A stretch of 64,000 nucleotides of DNA from an uncultured delta proteobacterium (GCA_963804955.1 CAWDSQ010000035.1:27373-91372); one strand, 5' to 3'. Shown: positions 44,204 through 55,704, numbered from the stretch's first letter. Notes: generated by a model not told the origin, from the sequence alone. Made by a program: numbers and translations.

Positions 44204-44448
44204 ATGGAAACAAAACTGGTGCAGATCGGTAATTCCAAGGGGATACGCATACCGCAGAAAATCTCGGCCAATGCCATTTTGAAGACAGCGTTGACCTGTC
44301 GGTTAAAAACGGGGCTTTGATTTTAAAACCGATAAAAAAAACACCCAGGGAGGGATGGGCTCTTCATGCAGAAAAAATGCATGAAGCGGGTGATGACCGC
44401 CTGCTGATACCTGATGTGCTGTGCGATGATCTGGAGCTCAACTGGTGA
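44204..44448 (+). CDS. AbrB/MazE family antitoxin (frameshifted, absent from the ORF track)
   Basis: METKLVQIGNSKGIRIPQK..PREGW..GDDRLLIPD; stop overlaps the toxin start (GTGA). Confidence 0.85.
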
Positions 44449-44765
44449 TAAAGCAGTATGATATCTATCTGGTCAATCTTGATCCGACAATCGGCTCTGA
44501 GATAAAAAAAACAAGGCCCTGTGTTGTAATATCGCCGGATGAAATGAACGCAGGACTCCGGACGGTTCAGGTGGCGCCCATGACAAGCACTTTGCGCGAA
44601 TATCCCTGGCGGGTTGCGATCATGTTCAGAAAAAAAAAGGGTTATATTGCTCTTGATCAGATTCGCACCGTTGACAAACAGAGGCTTTTGAAACGCGGTG
44701 GTTCTTTACAGACGGATACCATAGACAGGGTGAAAGATACCCTGCATGAAATGTTGATTGCATAG
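44445..44765 (+). CDS. PemK/MazF family toxin
   Basis: LVNLDPTIGSEIKKTRPCVVISP..DQIRTVDKQRL. Confidence 0.93.
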   Translation: MIKQYDIYLVNLDPTIGSEIKKTRPCVVISPDEMNAGLRTVQVAPMTSTLREYPWRVAIMFRKKKGYIALDQIRTVDKQRLLKRGGSLQTDTIDRVKDTLHEMLIA

Positions 44766-44818
44766 CCTGCAGGCCGGGTCGGTAAAACTCCTGCAAACCT
44801 ACATATAGGGGGTGTTGT

Positions 44819-45084
44819 ATGAAACAATGTAAAGCTCTGCTCTGATTTTCTCTCTTGCAGCCATGATGCTGTGTGGCGCCGGCTGCAGCAAGCTCACCAA
44901 ACAGAATTACGACAAGCTCAAAGTCGGCATGGAGTATAAGGCGGTTACGGCACTGCTGGGCGATGCGCCTGCCTGCGATGCCGCCATGGGGGCAAAAAGC
45001 TGCACGTGGGGTGATCAGGAAAAAAACATCACGGTAAATTTCGTTGCCGATAAAGTTGTTTTTATGACCTGCAGGGGCATATAG
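44819..45084 (+). CDS. Small lipoprotein (DUF3862-like; frameshift near start)
   Basis: GAGCSKLTKQNYDKLKVGMEY..CTWG. Confidence 0.7.
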
Positions 45085-45119
45085 CCTGCGTGTACGAAAA
45101 GCCAAAGCACCTTTGGGTT

Positions 45120-45191
45120 GCCTTCTGGGCGCAGCGAAGAATCTCGTAGTTTTAATGAATTCAGGGATCCTTCACTTCGTTCAGGATGACA
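45120..45191. repeat. REP-like element
   Basis: GCGCAGCGAAGAATCTC..GGATCCTTCACTTCGTTCAGGATGACA paired arms. Confidence 0.6.
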
Positions 45192-45439
45192 TTACATGAC
45201 TTCTCATACACGCTCTAAGACGTTTGTTCCAAATTCTATGCATGTTGTCAAATACCGTCGTCCTTTTAGAGGGCTTCACTTATATACGTTGAATTTATCT
45301 CACACATTGCATCTTTTTTCCTGAACACCTCCCCTAGAGCAGATCATAACAGCAGGCTCGTGATGCATTAACTTAAATTATTTTAAAAGCAACGGATTAA
45401 TGCTATAAAAAAACTCAATTGAACAGCGGAAGGTCTTGT

Positions 45440-46929
45440 ATGAAAAAGCTGTTGCTTGTCGGTGTTGCGCTTGCCGTATGCTGCCTGTGTTTTGCAGGCT
45501 TTGCCGCAGCCTCGGACAATAGAACCACTCCTCCGGTTTCAGACCTCGCACGCCATGCTGCCGGGCGTGCTGCCCCTGTTCTACAAGGCCACGGCCGGAT
45601 ACCTTGTTCTGAAAGACGACAAGGGCGCCCAGACCGCACGCATTTTTTATATCGCCTATGAAAAGCGGGGCCTGTCAGCGGGCAAGAGGCCCATAACCTT
45701 CGCTTTCAATGGCGGGCCGGGCTCATCTTCGGTGTGGCTGCATCTGGGCGCGCTGGGCCCGAAGCGGGTGGCCCTCAATGACGACGGATCACCGCCGGCG
45801 CCGCCGGCGCGGCTCATCACAAATGACTTCTCCTGGCTTTCTTTCACCGACCTTGTATTCATCGACCCTGTGGGCACGGGCTACAGCCGCCCGGCAGATG
45901 AAAAAAACGACAAGCAGTTCTACGATATGAAGGCCGATATCGAATCGGTCGGGGATTTTATCCGGCTCTATCTCACGCGGGCGCAGCGCTGGTCGTCGCC
46001 CGTGTATCTCTGCGGCGAAAGCTATGGCACGACCCGCGCCGTCGGCCTGCTCGGCTATCTCCACGACAAACACGGCATCGACCCAAGCGGCATCGTGCTC
46101 ATCTCGCCTGTGCTTGATTTTTCAACCATCGCTTTTCAGCAGACAAATGATCTGGCCTATGTGCTCGCGCTTCCGACCTATGCCGCCACCGCACGGTTTC
46201 ATAAAAAAGGCTCGTGCGCCTTCCCCCAGCCCGATGACGCACGCGCCGCAGCAGAGCAGTTTGCCATTGGCGCCTATATCACCGCTCTTGCCGAAGGCAG
46301 CGCCCTGAGCGCCCGGATGAAAGCGGAAGTCTCTTCCCAGCTTGCCGGGCTGTGCGGCGTGTCGCTCTCACTATGCGCTGCAAAACAACCTGCGCATTGC
46401 GCCTTCGCGCTTCCGCAAGGAGCTGCTGCGTGATAATCTCCACATTGTCGGCCGCATGGATGCCCGCATGACCATGCCCGACACGGACGGGGCCGGCGAC
46501 ACGGCAACGGCTGATCCGTCCCTTGACCGGTACAGCGGTCTTTTTGCCTCGGCAGTCAATGATTACCTGCGCCGTGAGCTGAACGTGCGCGATGACCTGC
46601 CGTACTGGTTTCTGAACGGCGATGTGGGCAAAGCATGGAACTGGAGGCCGGGCATACAGGGCAGCCAGGGCTATGTGGACGTGTCGCAGCAGCTTACCGA
46701 TGCCATGCACCTGAACCCGAGCCTGCGCGTCTTCATAGCCGCCGGGCTCTATGATCTTGCAACACCGTATTTTGCAGCCGTTTACACGGTCAATCATCTG
46801 GCCCTTGACCAGAGCCTCGCAAAAAATATCGTCCTTCGCACCTATCCTGCCGGGCATATGATGTATACCGAGCGGGCAACACTGCGGCAGCTCAACCGGG
46901 ACGCTGCGGCATTCTACAGGAACCGGTAG
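45440..46929 (+). CDS. Secreted peptidase S10 (serine carboxypeptidase; frameshifted)
   Basis: FNGGPGSSS, IDPVGTGYS, GESYG, YDLATP, AGHMMY. Confidence 0.92.
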
Positions 46930-46930
46930 C

Positions 46931-48280
46931 ATGCAGCAGCTGCACGATGCTATCATCTGGCTCAACGGCTGGCTCTGGGGCCCGCCCATGCTCATGCTGC
47001 TGTTCGGCACGCACCTGTTTCTCACCTTCCGCTTAAAAATCATTCAGCGCTATCTCTGGGTTGCCATAAAGCTGTCTTTTAGCAGCGACAAGAACAGCCC
47101 GGGCGATATAAGCCAGTTCGGCGCGCTTATGACAGCTCTTGCCGCAACCATCGGCACGGGCAATATCGTGGGCGTTTCCACCGCCATAGCCCTTGGCGGG
47201 CCGGGTGCGGTGCTGTGGTGCTGGCTTACGGGCGTGTTCGGCATTGCCACCAAATACGCCGAGGCGGTGCTTGCCGTGCGCTACCGCGTGCAGACCTCCG
47301 ACGGCACCATGCTCGGCGGCCCCATGTATGCCCTGGAGCGGGGGCTGGGGCAGAAGTGGCTCGCTGTCATTTTCTGCATCTGCACCTCCATTGCAGCTTT
47401 CGGCATCGGCAATACGGTGCAGGCAAATTCACTGGCATCGATCATGAAGGAAACATTTGCATGTGCCGCCGCTTGTTTCGGGCTCTGTTATGGCAGTGCT
47501 GGTGGGCCTGGTGATGCTCGGGGGCGTGCGCTGGATAGCGCGTGACCTGCGAGGCACTGGTGCCGTTTATGGCCCTGTTCTATGTTGTCGGCTGCGGAAT
47601 AATTCTTTTTTTGAATGCCCAGCATGTGCTGCCTGCCATTGAGCTTATCGTTAAGTCTGCTTTTACGCCGCAGGCGGTGGGCGGCGGTTTTGCCGGCGCA
47701 AGCGTCATGATGGCTGCCCGCTACGGCATTGCCCGCGGGCTTTTTTCAAATGAGTCGGGCCTGGGGTCTGCGCCCATTGTTGCCGCTGCCGCCCGGACGC
47801 GCAATCCCGTGCGGCAGGCCCTGGTATCAGCAACCGGAACATTCTGGGACACGGTGGTCGTCTGCGCCATGACAGGCCTTGTCATCGTGAGCAGCATCCT
47901 GCGCGACCCTGCGGCCTTTGAGGCCCTGCGCGGCAACGGCGCCCTGTTCACGAAAGCCGCCTTTGCACAAATCCCTTTTGTGGGGCCGACGGTGCTTGTC
48001 GGTGGGCTTGATCACTTTTGTTTTTTCAACCATTCTCGGCTGGTCCTATTACGGCGAGCGAGCCATGGAATATCTGTGCGGCAAAAAAGCGATTCTGCCG
48101 TACCGCGTCGCCTGGGTCATGGCAGTCTATGCCGGTTCGGTCATGACCATGCCTCTTGTATGGGACCTTGCTGATGCCATGAACGCACTGATGGCCATTC
48201 CCAATCTCGTGGCGCTTATTTTACTCAGCAAAGTAATCGTTGCCGAAACCCAGAAAGTATCTTTGGAGCGGAAGGCTTGA
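46931..48280 (+). CDS. Alanine/glycine:cation symporter (AGCS family; frameshifted)
   Basis: LAATIGTGNI.GV, GGPMY, RGLFSNESGLGS, GWSYYGE, MAIPNL. Confidence 0.93.
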
Positions 48281-48354
48281 CGATAAAGGAGATTGAAAGG
48301 TCCGGCTCAGCAGGCTCAACCTCTGCATGTATGAACATCAATGAAAGGGACGGG

Positions 48355-48570
48355 ATGGCGGAAAACGAACATGAAGATGAAGACAGGGAAATCATCGATG
48401 ACGAAATGACAGAGGATACCGATATCGTCTTTTTTTCAAATGATGCTGAAGAAATTCTGCGGCTGTGTGACAATGGCGATATTTTTGTAAAGGGCCGCCT
48501 TGCGGAAAATGACAAGGACGTTGTCGATGGTTTGCGCGAGTTTCTGAAACGCGCGGGTCATATCGGCTGA
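48355..48570 (+). CDS. Small acidic hypothetical protein
   Basis: MAENEHEDED..EILRLCDNGDIFVKGRL; purine-rich upstream. Confidence 0.55.
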   Translation: MAENEHEDEDREIIDDEMTEDTDIVFFSNDAEEILRLCDNGDIFVKGRLAENDKDVVDGLREFLKRAGHIG

Positions 48571-48592
48571 ACAGGACGCGCGTCGCGGTGCC

Positions 48593-49705
48593 TTACTGCC
48601 CGATCAGTTCATGGGCATCGACCCAGGGCAGGCCGAAAACCTCCGCGACGGCAGGGTTGGTTATTTTCCCCTCGATAGATATTCAGCCCCCGCAGCAGAC
48701 TCTCATTCCTGAAAGCCCCCAGCCCCTCAGCGGCAAGCTGCAGCACATAGGGAAGCGTGGCCCCGGTTATCGCAAGGGTTGATGTGCGCGGAAATATGCC
48801 GGGCATATTGGCCACGCAGTAGTGCACGACTCCTTCCTCGATATAGGTGGGACGGGCATGCGTGGTCGGCCTGCTGGTTTCAATGCAGCCGCCCTGGTCG
48901 ATGGCGATATCGACAATGACCGACCCGGGCTCCATTTTCCTCACCACATCGCGCGACACCAGCCGCGGCGCCTGCGCGCCGGGCACATGCACGCAGCCGA
49001 TAAGCACATCTGCTGCGGCAACATATTTTTCAATGGTATCCGGCGTTGCCGGCGCGCATGTGGCAGCAGGAAAAAGTTCTTTCAAGCGCTCAATGCGGGC
49101 CTGCATCCTTCTCGATAATTACAACCTCAGCCCCGATGCCCGTGGCAATGGTTGCTGCAGCCTGGCCTGCCGTGCCCCCGCCGAGTATCACAAACCGCGC
49201 TGCCGGCACACCGGCTACCGGGCATGCCAGCACGCCCTTGCCGCCTGCGGTTTTTGCAAGACAGGAAAATGCCATCAGGGGCGCCATTTTCCCGGCTATT
49301 TCGCTCATGGGCGCAAGAAGTGGCAAAGATCCTTCAGCTGTCTGCACGGTTTCATAGCCCACGCATACGGTGCCGGCATCGATCATGGCCTGCGTGAGCT
49401 GCCTGCTTGAGGCAAAATGAAAAAAGGTGAAAATGATCTGCCCGGGCCTGAAAAGGCCATACTCGCGCGGCAGGGGCTCCTTGATTTTGACAATCAGATC
49501 GGCAGCCGCGCATATGCTGCCAGCATCAGCGGCAATGCCGGCTCCCGCCAGCTCATAGTCCTTATCGCCAAAACCGCTGCCCGCTCCTGCATCATGCTCA
49601 ACCAGCACGCTGTGGCCTGCCGCAACTAAGAGCCCCGGCACCGTCAGGCGTGAGCCCCACGCGGTTTTCATTGTCCTTGATCTCCTTGAGAATCCCGACA
49701 ATCAT
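48593..49705 (-). CDS. ald: Alanine dehydrogenase (frameshifted)
   Basis: MIVGILKEIKDNENRVGLTP, PMSEIAG, DIAIDQGGC, HYCVANMPG. Confidence 0.93.
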
Positions 49706-49729
49706 GGCTTTCAGGACTCCTGCGGAATT

Positions 49730-51268
49730 TTAGCTGATCGGCTTTTCAGGCACGCGGCCATAGAGGCCGGCCATATGCCGCAGCTGCTCCATGACAGCCG
49801 TGGTCAGGCGGCCCGGCATAAGCTTCCAGCGCCAGTTGCCCTGCGCGGTGCCGGGCGTGTTCATGCGCAGCTTTTCCCCGAAACCGAGAATGTCCTGCGC
49901 AGGCAGTATGGCCAGATCCGCAATTGAGCCGTAGGCAAGACGAATGGCGTGCCAGTGAAAATCAGCTGAGCTTTCAGCGCCTGTATAGTCCATAATATAG
50001 CGCCGCATGCTGTCCCCCGTTTCAGCGCCGTAGAACCAGCCGTTGGTTGTGTTGTTGTCATGCGTTCCCGTGTACACCACGCAGTTTGTGTCCGTATAAT
50101 TATGCGGCAGATAGGGATTTTTACTGCTCCCGTCAAAAGCAAACTGCAGAATTTTCATGCCCGGCAGCTTCAGGCTTTGGCGCAGCCGGGTTACCGCAGG
50201 GGTAATGACGCCCAGGTCTTCGGCAATCAGCGGCAGCTCGCCAAGCTCCTCCCGAATCCGTTTGAAAAAAGGCGCGCCGGGGCCCTTCTTCCACGAGCCG
50301 TTCACCGCTGTTTTTTCCTGAGGGGGGATTGCCCAGTAGGATTCAAACCCCCGGAAATGATCAATCCGGGTGCTGTCAAACAGCCGGCACAAATGGCGCA
50401 GGCGGCCGGTCCACCAGACCATGGTCGGCTCAAAAAGTTTTTTATCCGGGCCATGCCAGCGGTACAGCGGGTTGCCCCAGTGCTGGCCGGTTGCGCTGAA
50501 ATAATCAGGCGGCACGCCTGCCACGGCCTCAGGCAGCAGGGTGCGGTCATCGAGCTGAAATACCGGGGTATGGGCCCAGGCATCGGCACTGTCGAAGGTG
50601 ACATAGATGGGAATATCGCCGATGATTTTAATACCGAGGGTCGAACAGTAGTTTTTCAGCGCTGCCCACTGCTTGAAAAAAAGATATTGCAGAAAACAGT
50701 GGAATCGCACGGAAGGCTGCAGCCTTCCGTGCCAGCTTTCGATGGCGTCGGGGTGTCTGCGGGCAATGTCTTTGTCCCATGAAGGCCAGTGATTGGTGCC
50801 GAAGTGATCGCCAAGAGCCGAAAACAGCGCATAGTCGTCAAGCCAGCACGCGGCCTCTGCGCAGAAGGCCGCAAAATCATCCAGCTCAGCCGGTGCGGCA
50901 TGCGCAAAAAAGCTTTCGCAGGCCGAGCGCAAAATCGGCAGCTTATGCCGGGCTGCGGCGTCAAAGTCGCAAAAATCGCTGTCGGGAAAAACCGCGGTGT
51001 CGATGTCGCCGGTAAACCAGCTCTCCCTGCGAAGTTTTTCAAGGCTTATGAACAGCGGGTTGCCGGCAAATGTCGAGGTCGAAGCATAGGGCGAGTAGCC
51101 CAGGGCCGGCGCAACCGGGCCGATGGGCAGCACCTGCCAGTAGCTCTGGCCGCCTGCATGAAGCAGCTCGGCGAATTCATATGCCTCGGGGCCGAGCGTT
51201 CCCGTGCCATAGCGGCCAGGCAGGCTTGATATATGCAGCAGTATGCCGCAGGATCGCTCAAGTTTCAT
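49730..51268 (-). CDS. malQ: 4-alpha-glucanotransferase (GH77)
   Basis: LHISSLP, GVPPDYFS, RIDHFRG, AEDLG, YTGTHDN. Confidence 0.96.
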   Translation of the reverse strand: MKLERSCGILLHISSLPGRYGTGTLGPEAYEFAELLHAGGQSYWQVLPIGPVAPALGYSPYASTSTFAGNPLFISLEKLRRESWFTGDIDTAVFPDSDFCDFDAAARHKLPILRSACESFFAHAAPAELDDFAAFCAEAACWLDDYALFSALGDHFGTNHWPSWDKDIARRHPDAIESWHGRLQPSVRFHCFLQYLFFKQWAALKNYCSTLGIKIIGDIPIYVTFDSADAWAHTPVFQLDDRTLLPEAVAGVPPDYFSATGQHWGNPLYRWHGPDKKLFEPTMVWWTGRLRHLCRLFDSTRIDHFRGFESYWAIPPQEKTAVNGSWKKGPGAPFFKRIREELGELPLIAEDLGVITPAVTRLRQSLKLPGMKILQFAFDGSSKNPYLPHNYTDTNCVVYTGTHDNNTTNGWFYGAETGDSMRRYIMDYTGAESSADFHWHAIRLAYGSIADLAILPAQDILGFGEKLRMNTPGTAQGNWRWKLMPGRLTTAVMEQLRHMAGLYGRVPEKPIS

Positions 51269-51459
51269 AAACACCACTCAGCTTTTAATTTTTAAAGAGA
51301 AGACAGGTTTAAAACCTGTCTCTGCGGATCCATAAACATTTATTATTGTGGTTTTTTTCTGCCCGGTTCTTAGGATGGGTGCAGTCCGTCGAGGAGGAGG
51401 GAGCCCATCGTTTTTATTGGTGGGATTCACCCACCCTGCCCGTTGATGAGAGATAGTTT

Positions 51460-52119
51460 TTATGCCCCGGTCAGCCTGCGGTATTTTCTCATCAGCTTTG
51501 TCACCAGGTGCACCCACAGCGGGCTTTTGCGCGCTACGATGCCGGCGCTGCGCAGATTCAGGAGAAACTCCTGCGGCGTCGAAAAATCTTCCATCTCCAT
51601 GCAGGCCCTGCCCACCTCGATGGGCAGATGGGCATCGCTTGCCGCAATCGGCACTGCTCCGGCGGCAAGCACCCGCGACAGCAGATCGGGGTCCTCTTCA
51701 ATGAACATATTGCGGGCATTGAAAATTTCAATCATGTCGATGCTGCCCACGAGCGCCTCTATGGCAGGCTTTCGCAGGCGCGAGCTGCGCAGCCGGTCGA
51801 AGGGATGCGGCACGGCCACAAGGCCGCCCTGTTCCCGTATGCGCGCAACCGTCTCCTGCGGCGACAGGCCCGGAGGAATTTCCTCCTGCAGGAAATAGCC
51901 GATGATTTCTCCCTGCGTGGTGCGTATCTCCTCGGCGCAGATGATTTTTAAGGAATGAACCGCAGCCTGCACGTCGCGTGCGCCGGCCATGGTATTGTGG
52001 TCGGTGATGGCAACAGCGCCGATGCCGAGGCGCAGGGCTGCCTTCTCGATTTGTTTCGGGCTCAGGCGCGCGCACAGCGAGTGGCTTGTGTGCACATGCA
52101 GATCAACCTTTATTTTCAT
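51460..52119 (-). CDS. PHP domain protein
   Basis: DLHVHT, AITDHN, PHPFD, SDAH. Confidence 0.9.
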   Translation of the reverse strand: MKIKVDLHVHTSHSLCARLSPKQIEKAALRLGIGAVAITDHNTMAGARDVQAAVHSLKIICAEEIRTTQGEIIGYFLQEEIPPGLSPQETVARIREQGGLVAVPHPFDRLRSSRLRKPAIEALVGSIDMIEIFNARNMFIEEDPDLLSRVLAAGAVPIAASDAHLPIEVGRACMEMEDFSTPQEFLLNLRSAGIVARKSPLWVHLVTKLMRKYRRLTGA

Positions 52120-52124
52120 GCTCC

Positions 52125-52362
52125 CTACAGCTCCTGCTGAACCCGGTCGATAAGCGCCTGCATGGACGGGTGAAATGCCGGGCACCGCGGACAGGTATCG
52201 TGCAGGTAGCTCTTCCACTGCAGCTGTTGCTCCCTGGCTCATTGCTTTGAGCTCCGGCATCCAGTCGTATTCCCAGCAGCTTTTGTCATGGGTAAGCGCC
52301 GGGCAGGGAATGCCTTTTTTTGCCATGCAGGTTGGATTCAACTTGCTGCACTGATTTGCCAT
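52125..52362 (-). CDS. Small Cys-rich hypothetical protein (frameshift makes it appear fused to PHP)
   Basis: C..C..C..CWEYDW, then shifted frame WKSYLHDTCPRCP..QQEL-TAG just before the PHP start. Confidence 0.55.
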
Positions 52363-52379
52363 GGTCTGCTCCCGAAAAG

Positions 52380-52884
52380 CTATGAAGTTTTTTTTATAGG
52401 CTTCAGGTCAAAGTGATCCCGCAGACGGTTTGCCGCCGTGAGCAGATCACCGTCGCGGCCCACTACTTTAACCAGCTGCCCGGTAGACAGGTGCAGCAGC
52501 TGAGCTGCAGTGCTCAGACTCCCCCTGGAGGCAAAAAGCGCATCAAGCACGGCCGCGCAGACCTGCGGATACAGCGGGTTCCGGGCGTTTACCCGCACGG
52601 GTACGGCAGCAGAAAAAATTTCCTGCACGCTTTCGTGAAGCGCAAAATCAGCGCTTCGCACCTGCAGGGCAAGGGCCATACGGAGCCTGCCCAGGGCTTT
52701 CTGTTTATTTTCGATGCTGCGACCGGCGTTCTTCGCCCGTAACGGTCACGCCCGTGGGGACATGCGTCAGCCGCACTGCGCTATAGGTGCGGTTGCGGTG
52801 CTGGCCGCCCGGCCCCGAAGCTATATAGGTATCCACGCGGCACTGCTGCAGCAGGTGCCCGTCATCAGAGGCGAGCATGTTCAA
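52380..52884 (-). CDS. Peptide chain release factor-like (GGQ) protein (frameshifted)
   Basis: [27 protein letters not shown]. Confidence 0.85.
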
Positions 52885-53271
52885 AGCCCCGCCCTCACGC
52901 ACAATCATTTCCTTCACGCCCGGCCCCGCTGAAAAACGCTTTAAGCCCCTGCCCGGCAGGGCAGCCAACGGCTTCAATTAAAAGAGTAGCTGTATTATGA
53001 TGGGGTTGCAATAAAAAATTGTCCTTTGGCCAAAATCCGGGGGGCAGCAAAACCAGGGGTCAGAATTCAGAAGCCAGTAGTCAGAAAGTATGGAAAGAAG
53101 TTCGGTGTTATGAGTTCGGTGTTGGGAGTGAAAGGTTCAAGGTTAAAAAAGGGAAAGTTTGAAGCGCAGGGATCCGCCGTGGCGGACGGGTTTCTTTGTT
53201 AATGGACTGGTAGAAATATCCACGGATAGATTGATGCTAAGGCGAAAAATACCGGCATTGAAAAAATATTA

Positions 53272-53526
53272 TTAATCGAAGGGTAAAATTTTTTCAATAA
53301 ATCCGGTAGTCATACAAGAAACTCTGTGAAAGATTGACGGCTTCGGGCGATATGGTTCGGGCAGCATATCCAGTGCAATTTCAGACTCGGCTCGGTCAAA
53401 TTCAAAAGTATCAGAAAGATACTGTATAATTTCTTCTCTGTTCATGCCGCGCATGTGTAAGGCATAAATTGAATATAATATTTTTCGTGCATATATGTCC
53501 TGATGTTCTATAAAATCATAAAACAT
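53272..53526 (-). CDS. AT-rich hypothetical protein
   Basis: 84-aa ORF with AAGGAGGT RBS. Confidence 0.55.
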   Translation of the reverse strand: MFYDFIEHQDIYARKILYSIYALHMRGMNREEIIQYLSDTFEFDRAESEIALDMLPEPYRPKPSIFHRVSCMTTGFIEKILPFD

Positions 53527-53763
53527 AATTTTATACCTCCTTTAAATTAATAAAGAAGACTTATTTAATGTATTTAGTGATAATAAAAAAATTTTCAACC
53601 CTTTTTTTGCAACAATCTGCAATTTTATCCGAATTATACCAGTACACGGACTACAGTATCCGTGCAGAGCGTCAAATTGATTACTGATTATAGTATTATT
53701 AGATCGGAGGTCATAGCGGTGCACGACTCAGGATCTCAGACGCTCGTGCATTAAAAGCAGTGT

Positions 53764-55306
53764 TTATTTTCCCGGTCGGATGGCAGGTATATAACCGGGT
53801 TCTATCGTCTGCAGGACTTCGCTGCTGCGCAATGGCCGGGTCGCCCGTCCGGTCATGCTCAGCAGAAATGTCGCGCTGCTCGTCTGGTTGAGACCTCCAT
53901 GTGAAGAGGCCATGTCGATAAAGGCTCTAAAGAGCGGATATCCGCTCATGTATCCATCATTGAGAGTTATCATCAGGTCGGACGGGCAAATGACAATGCC
54001 GTGAAAGGCCTCCCATATCCGGGGGGGAGCATTGGGCCATTCATGGTCAGCCGTTGCTGCAAACCAGTCGTCTGCTGAGGCATAACCTTCCGCATCAGCC
54101 TTTCCGGACATGGCCAGCAAAGCGTGTATCGGCTGGTAGCCCAGTACATCCCGGTCAATGACAACATAGCGTAGTTTGCCGCCTTTTTTTTCTATGGCTG
54201 CCGAGCCCCTGTTGTCACGCACGATAACCCTGTCGCCTTGCATATACAGTGCAAGCTGCATCTGAGTCTTCTGCAGCAGCACGTCGGCAACCGCCGCCGG
54301 TCGTCGCGTATGTATGCCCGCATAGGTGACCAGCCCTTCCGTGTCGATAACGATATCGGTATCCGACTGGATTTTGTCCCTCACGGTAAATCCCGCCTCG
54401 TTTAAAATATTTTTTATGGATACGAACTGTGACGGCATGAGGTTGTGGCCGTGGTCGGCCAGTATGGAAATTTTAAGGGCGCCCTGACGCTCCCATAAAA
54501 GCTGAAGGCACAGACGCTCGACTTCGCGCAGGCAGTCATCGACGCCCTGCCTGCCATATCTGCAGACCATGGCTGCGGAGCTGACGACATACACCAGCGT
54601 TACCCGGTCCGGGCTTTGGTCGAGGGTCTGCTTGATGCTTTCCAATTCGCGGCTGAATGTCTTGCGCGTGTTTACAAACCCCAGCCCTTCCCTCATATAG
54701 TCTGCGTTATAGTGCAGGCAGCGCTGCCAGGCGGTCTCTCCGCCCGTGGCAGCATCCCAGAAGCGATTACATATGCGATTGATGCGCTGATCGTAGAAAT
54801 AATTGTTTGTTCCCGCAAGCGGAGGGGCCTGCAGAATCTGGTTGAAAATAACGGCGCTCAGCGTCGGGAAGGGAGCGATCACCTTCTGGGGCGGCGGAAA
54901 CCAGCTGAAATGGCCGGCAGTATAAAAATCAAGCACGCACTGATAGGGTATTGAATCCAGCAGAATAATCAGATGCGGCACACTGTCTGTCTCATAGTCA
55001 TTAATGCGGTATATTCGGTCATAGCGGCCGTCTTCTTCATGGGCATAGGCAAGAGAGGTCGTCCGGTTGTCTGTATCGGCCTGCAGCGCAAAGTCGGCCC
55101 TGCCATTGCCGTTGACATCATAGCGGATTTCCTGTGGCGTTGCGGGAAAGCGGGGCATCGGGGAAAAACAGGTTTTTTGAGGAGGCGCACCCCAGAGTGC
55201 AGATGCATAGGATTACCGTGAGCACCATTGAAACCAGCCGCATAAAAACGGCCTGGGCTGAACCAGCTCTATGCTTCTTAACTAAACCTGCAATCTTCCG
55301 TATCAT
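53764..55306 (-). CDS. Lipoprotein, alkaline-phosphatase/nucleotide-pyrophosphatase superfamily-like (frameshifted)
   Basis: Lipobox TLGC; IILLDSIPY, APFPTLS, ILADHGH, SSHGGL. Confidence 0.65.
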
Positions 55307-55704
55307 ATGGCTGTTGTATGCCAGCGGAATTCAATTTGCAAGAACGATGTGTGTTTGGTACTGTCTATTCTAAGCGCAGCGGATGTCAGCTTCGAATCGA
55401 TCTGTGTCGCATACTTTTCTCCAAAAGAATGTACGTGATGAAGTCAAGCAGAGTTAACATACTGTCATTGCGATACGATACAGCTCCCGAAGCAGGGGCG
55501 TACTGCCATTGTATACGGGCACAATAAGCTTTTAATCCCCTACTTAGAAAAAGGGGGACACAGGGGGATTTCTTGCAGCCTGATAAATCCCCCTGACGCT
55601 TTTGCGAAAGGGATCAAAATTTAATTCACAGCCCCTCTTTAATAGGCTGTAGAACATCGTGCCTGCGGTATGCCGGCTTCAGAAAAATACAGGCTGAGAA
55701 TAGA

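Noticed and set aside
51460..52362. 300-aa Cys-rich/PHP fusion ORF
   Set aside because: The shifted frame gives a natural stop at 52125 with GGGAG and ATG for PHP; two genes.
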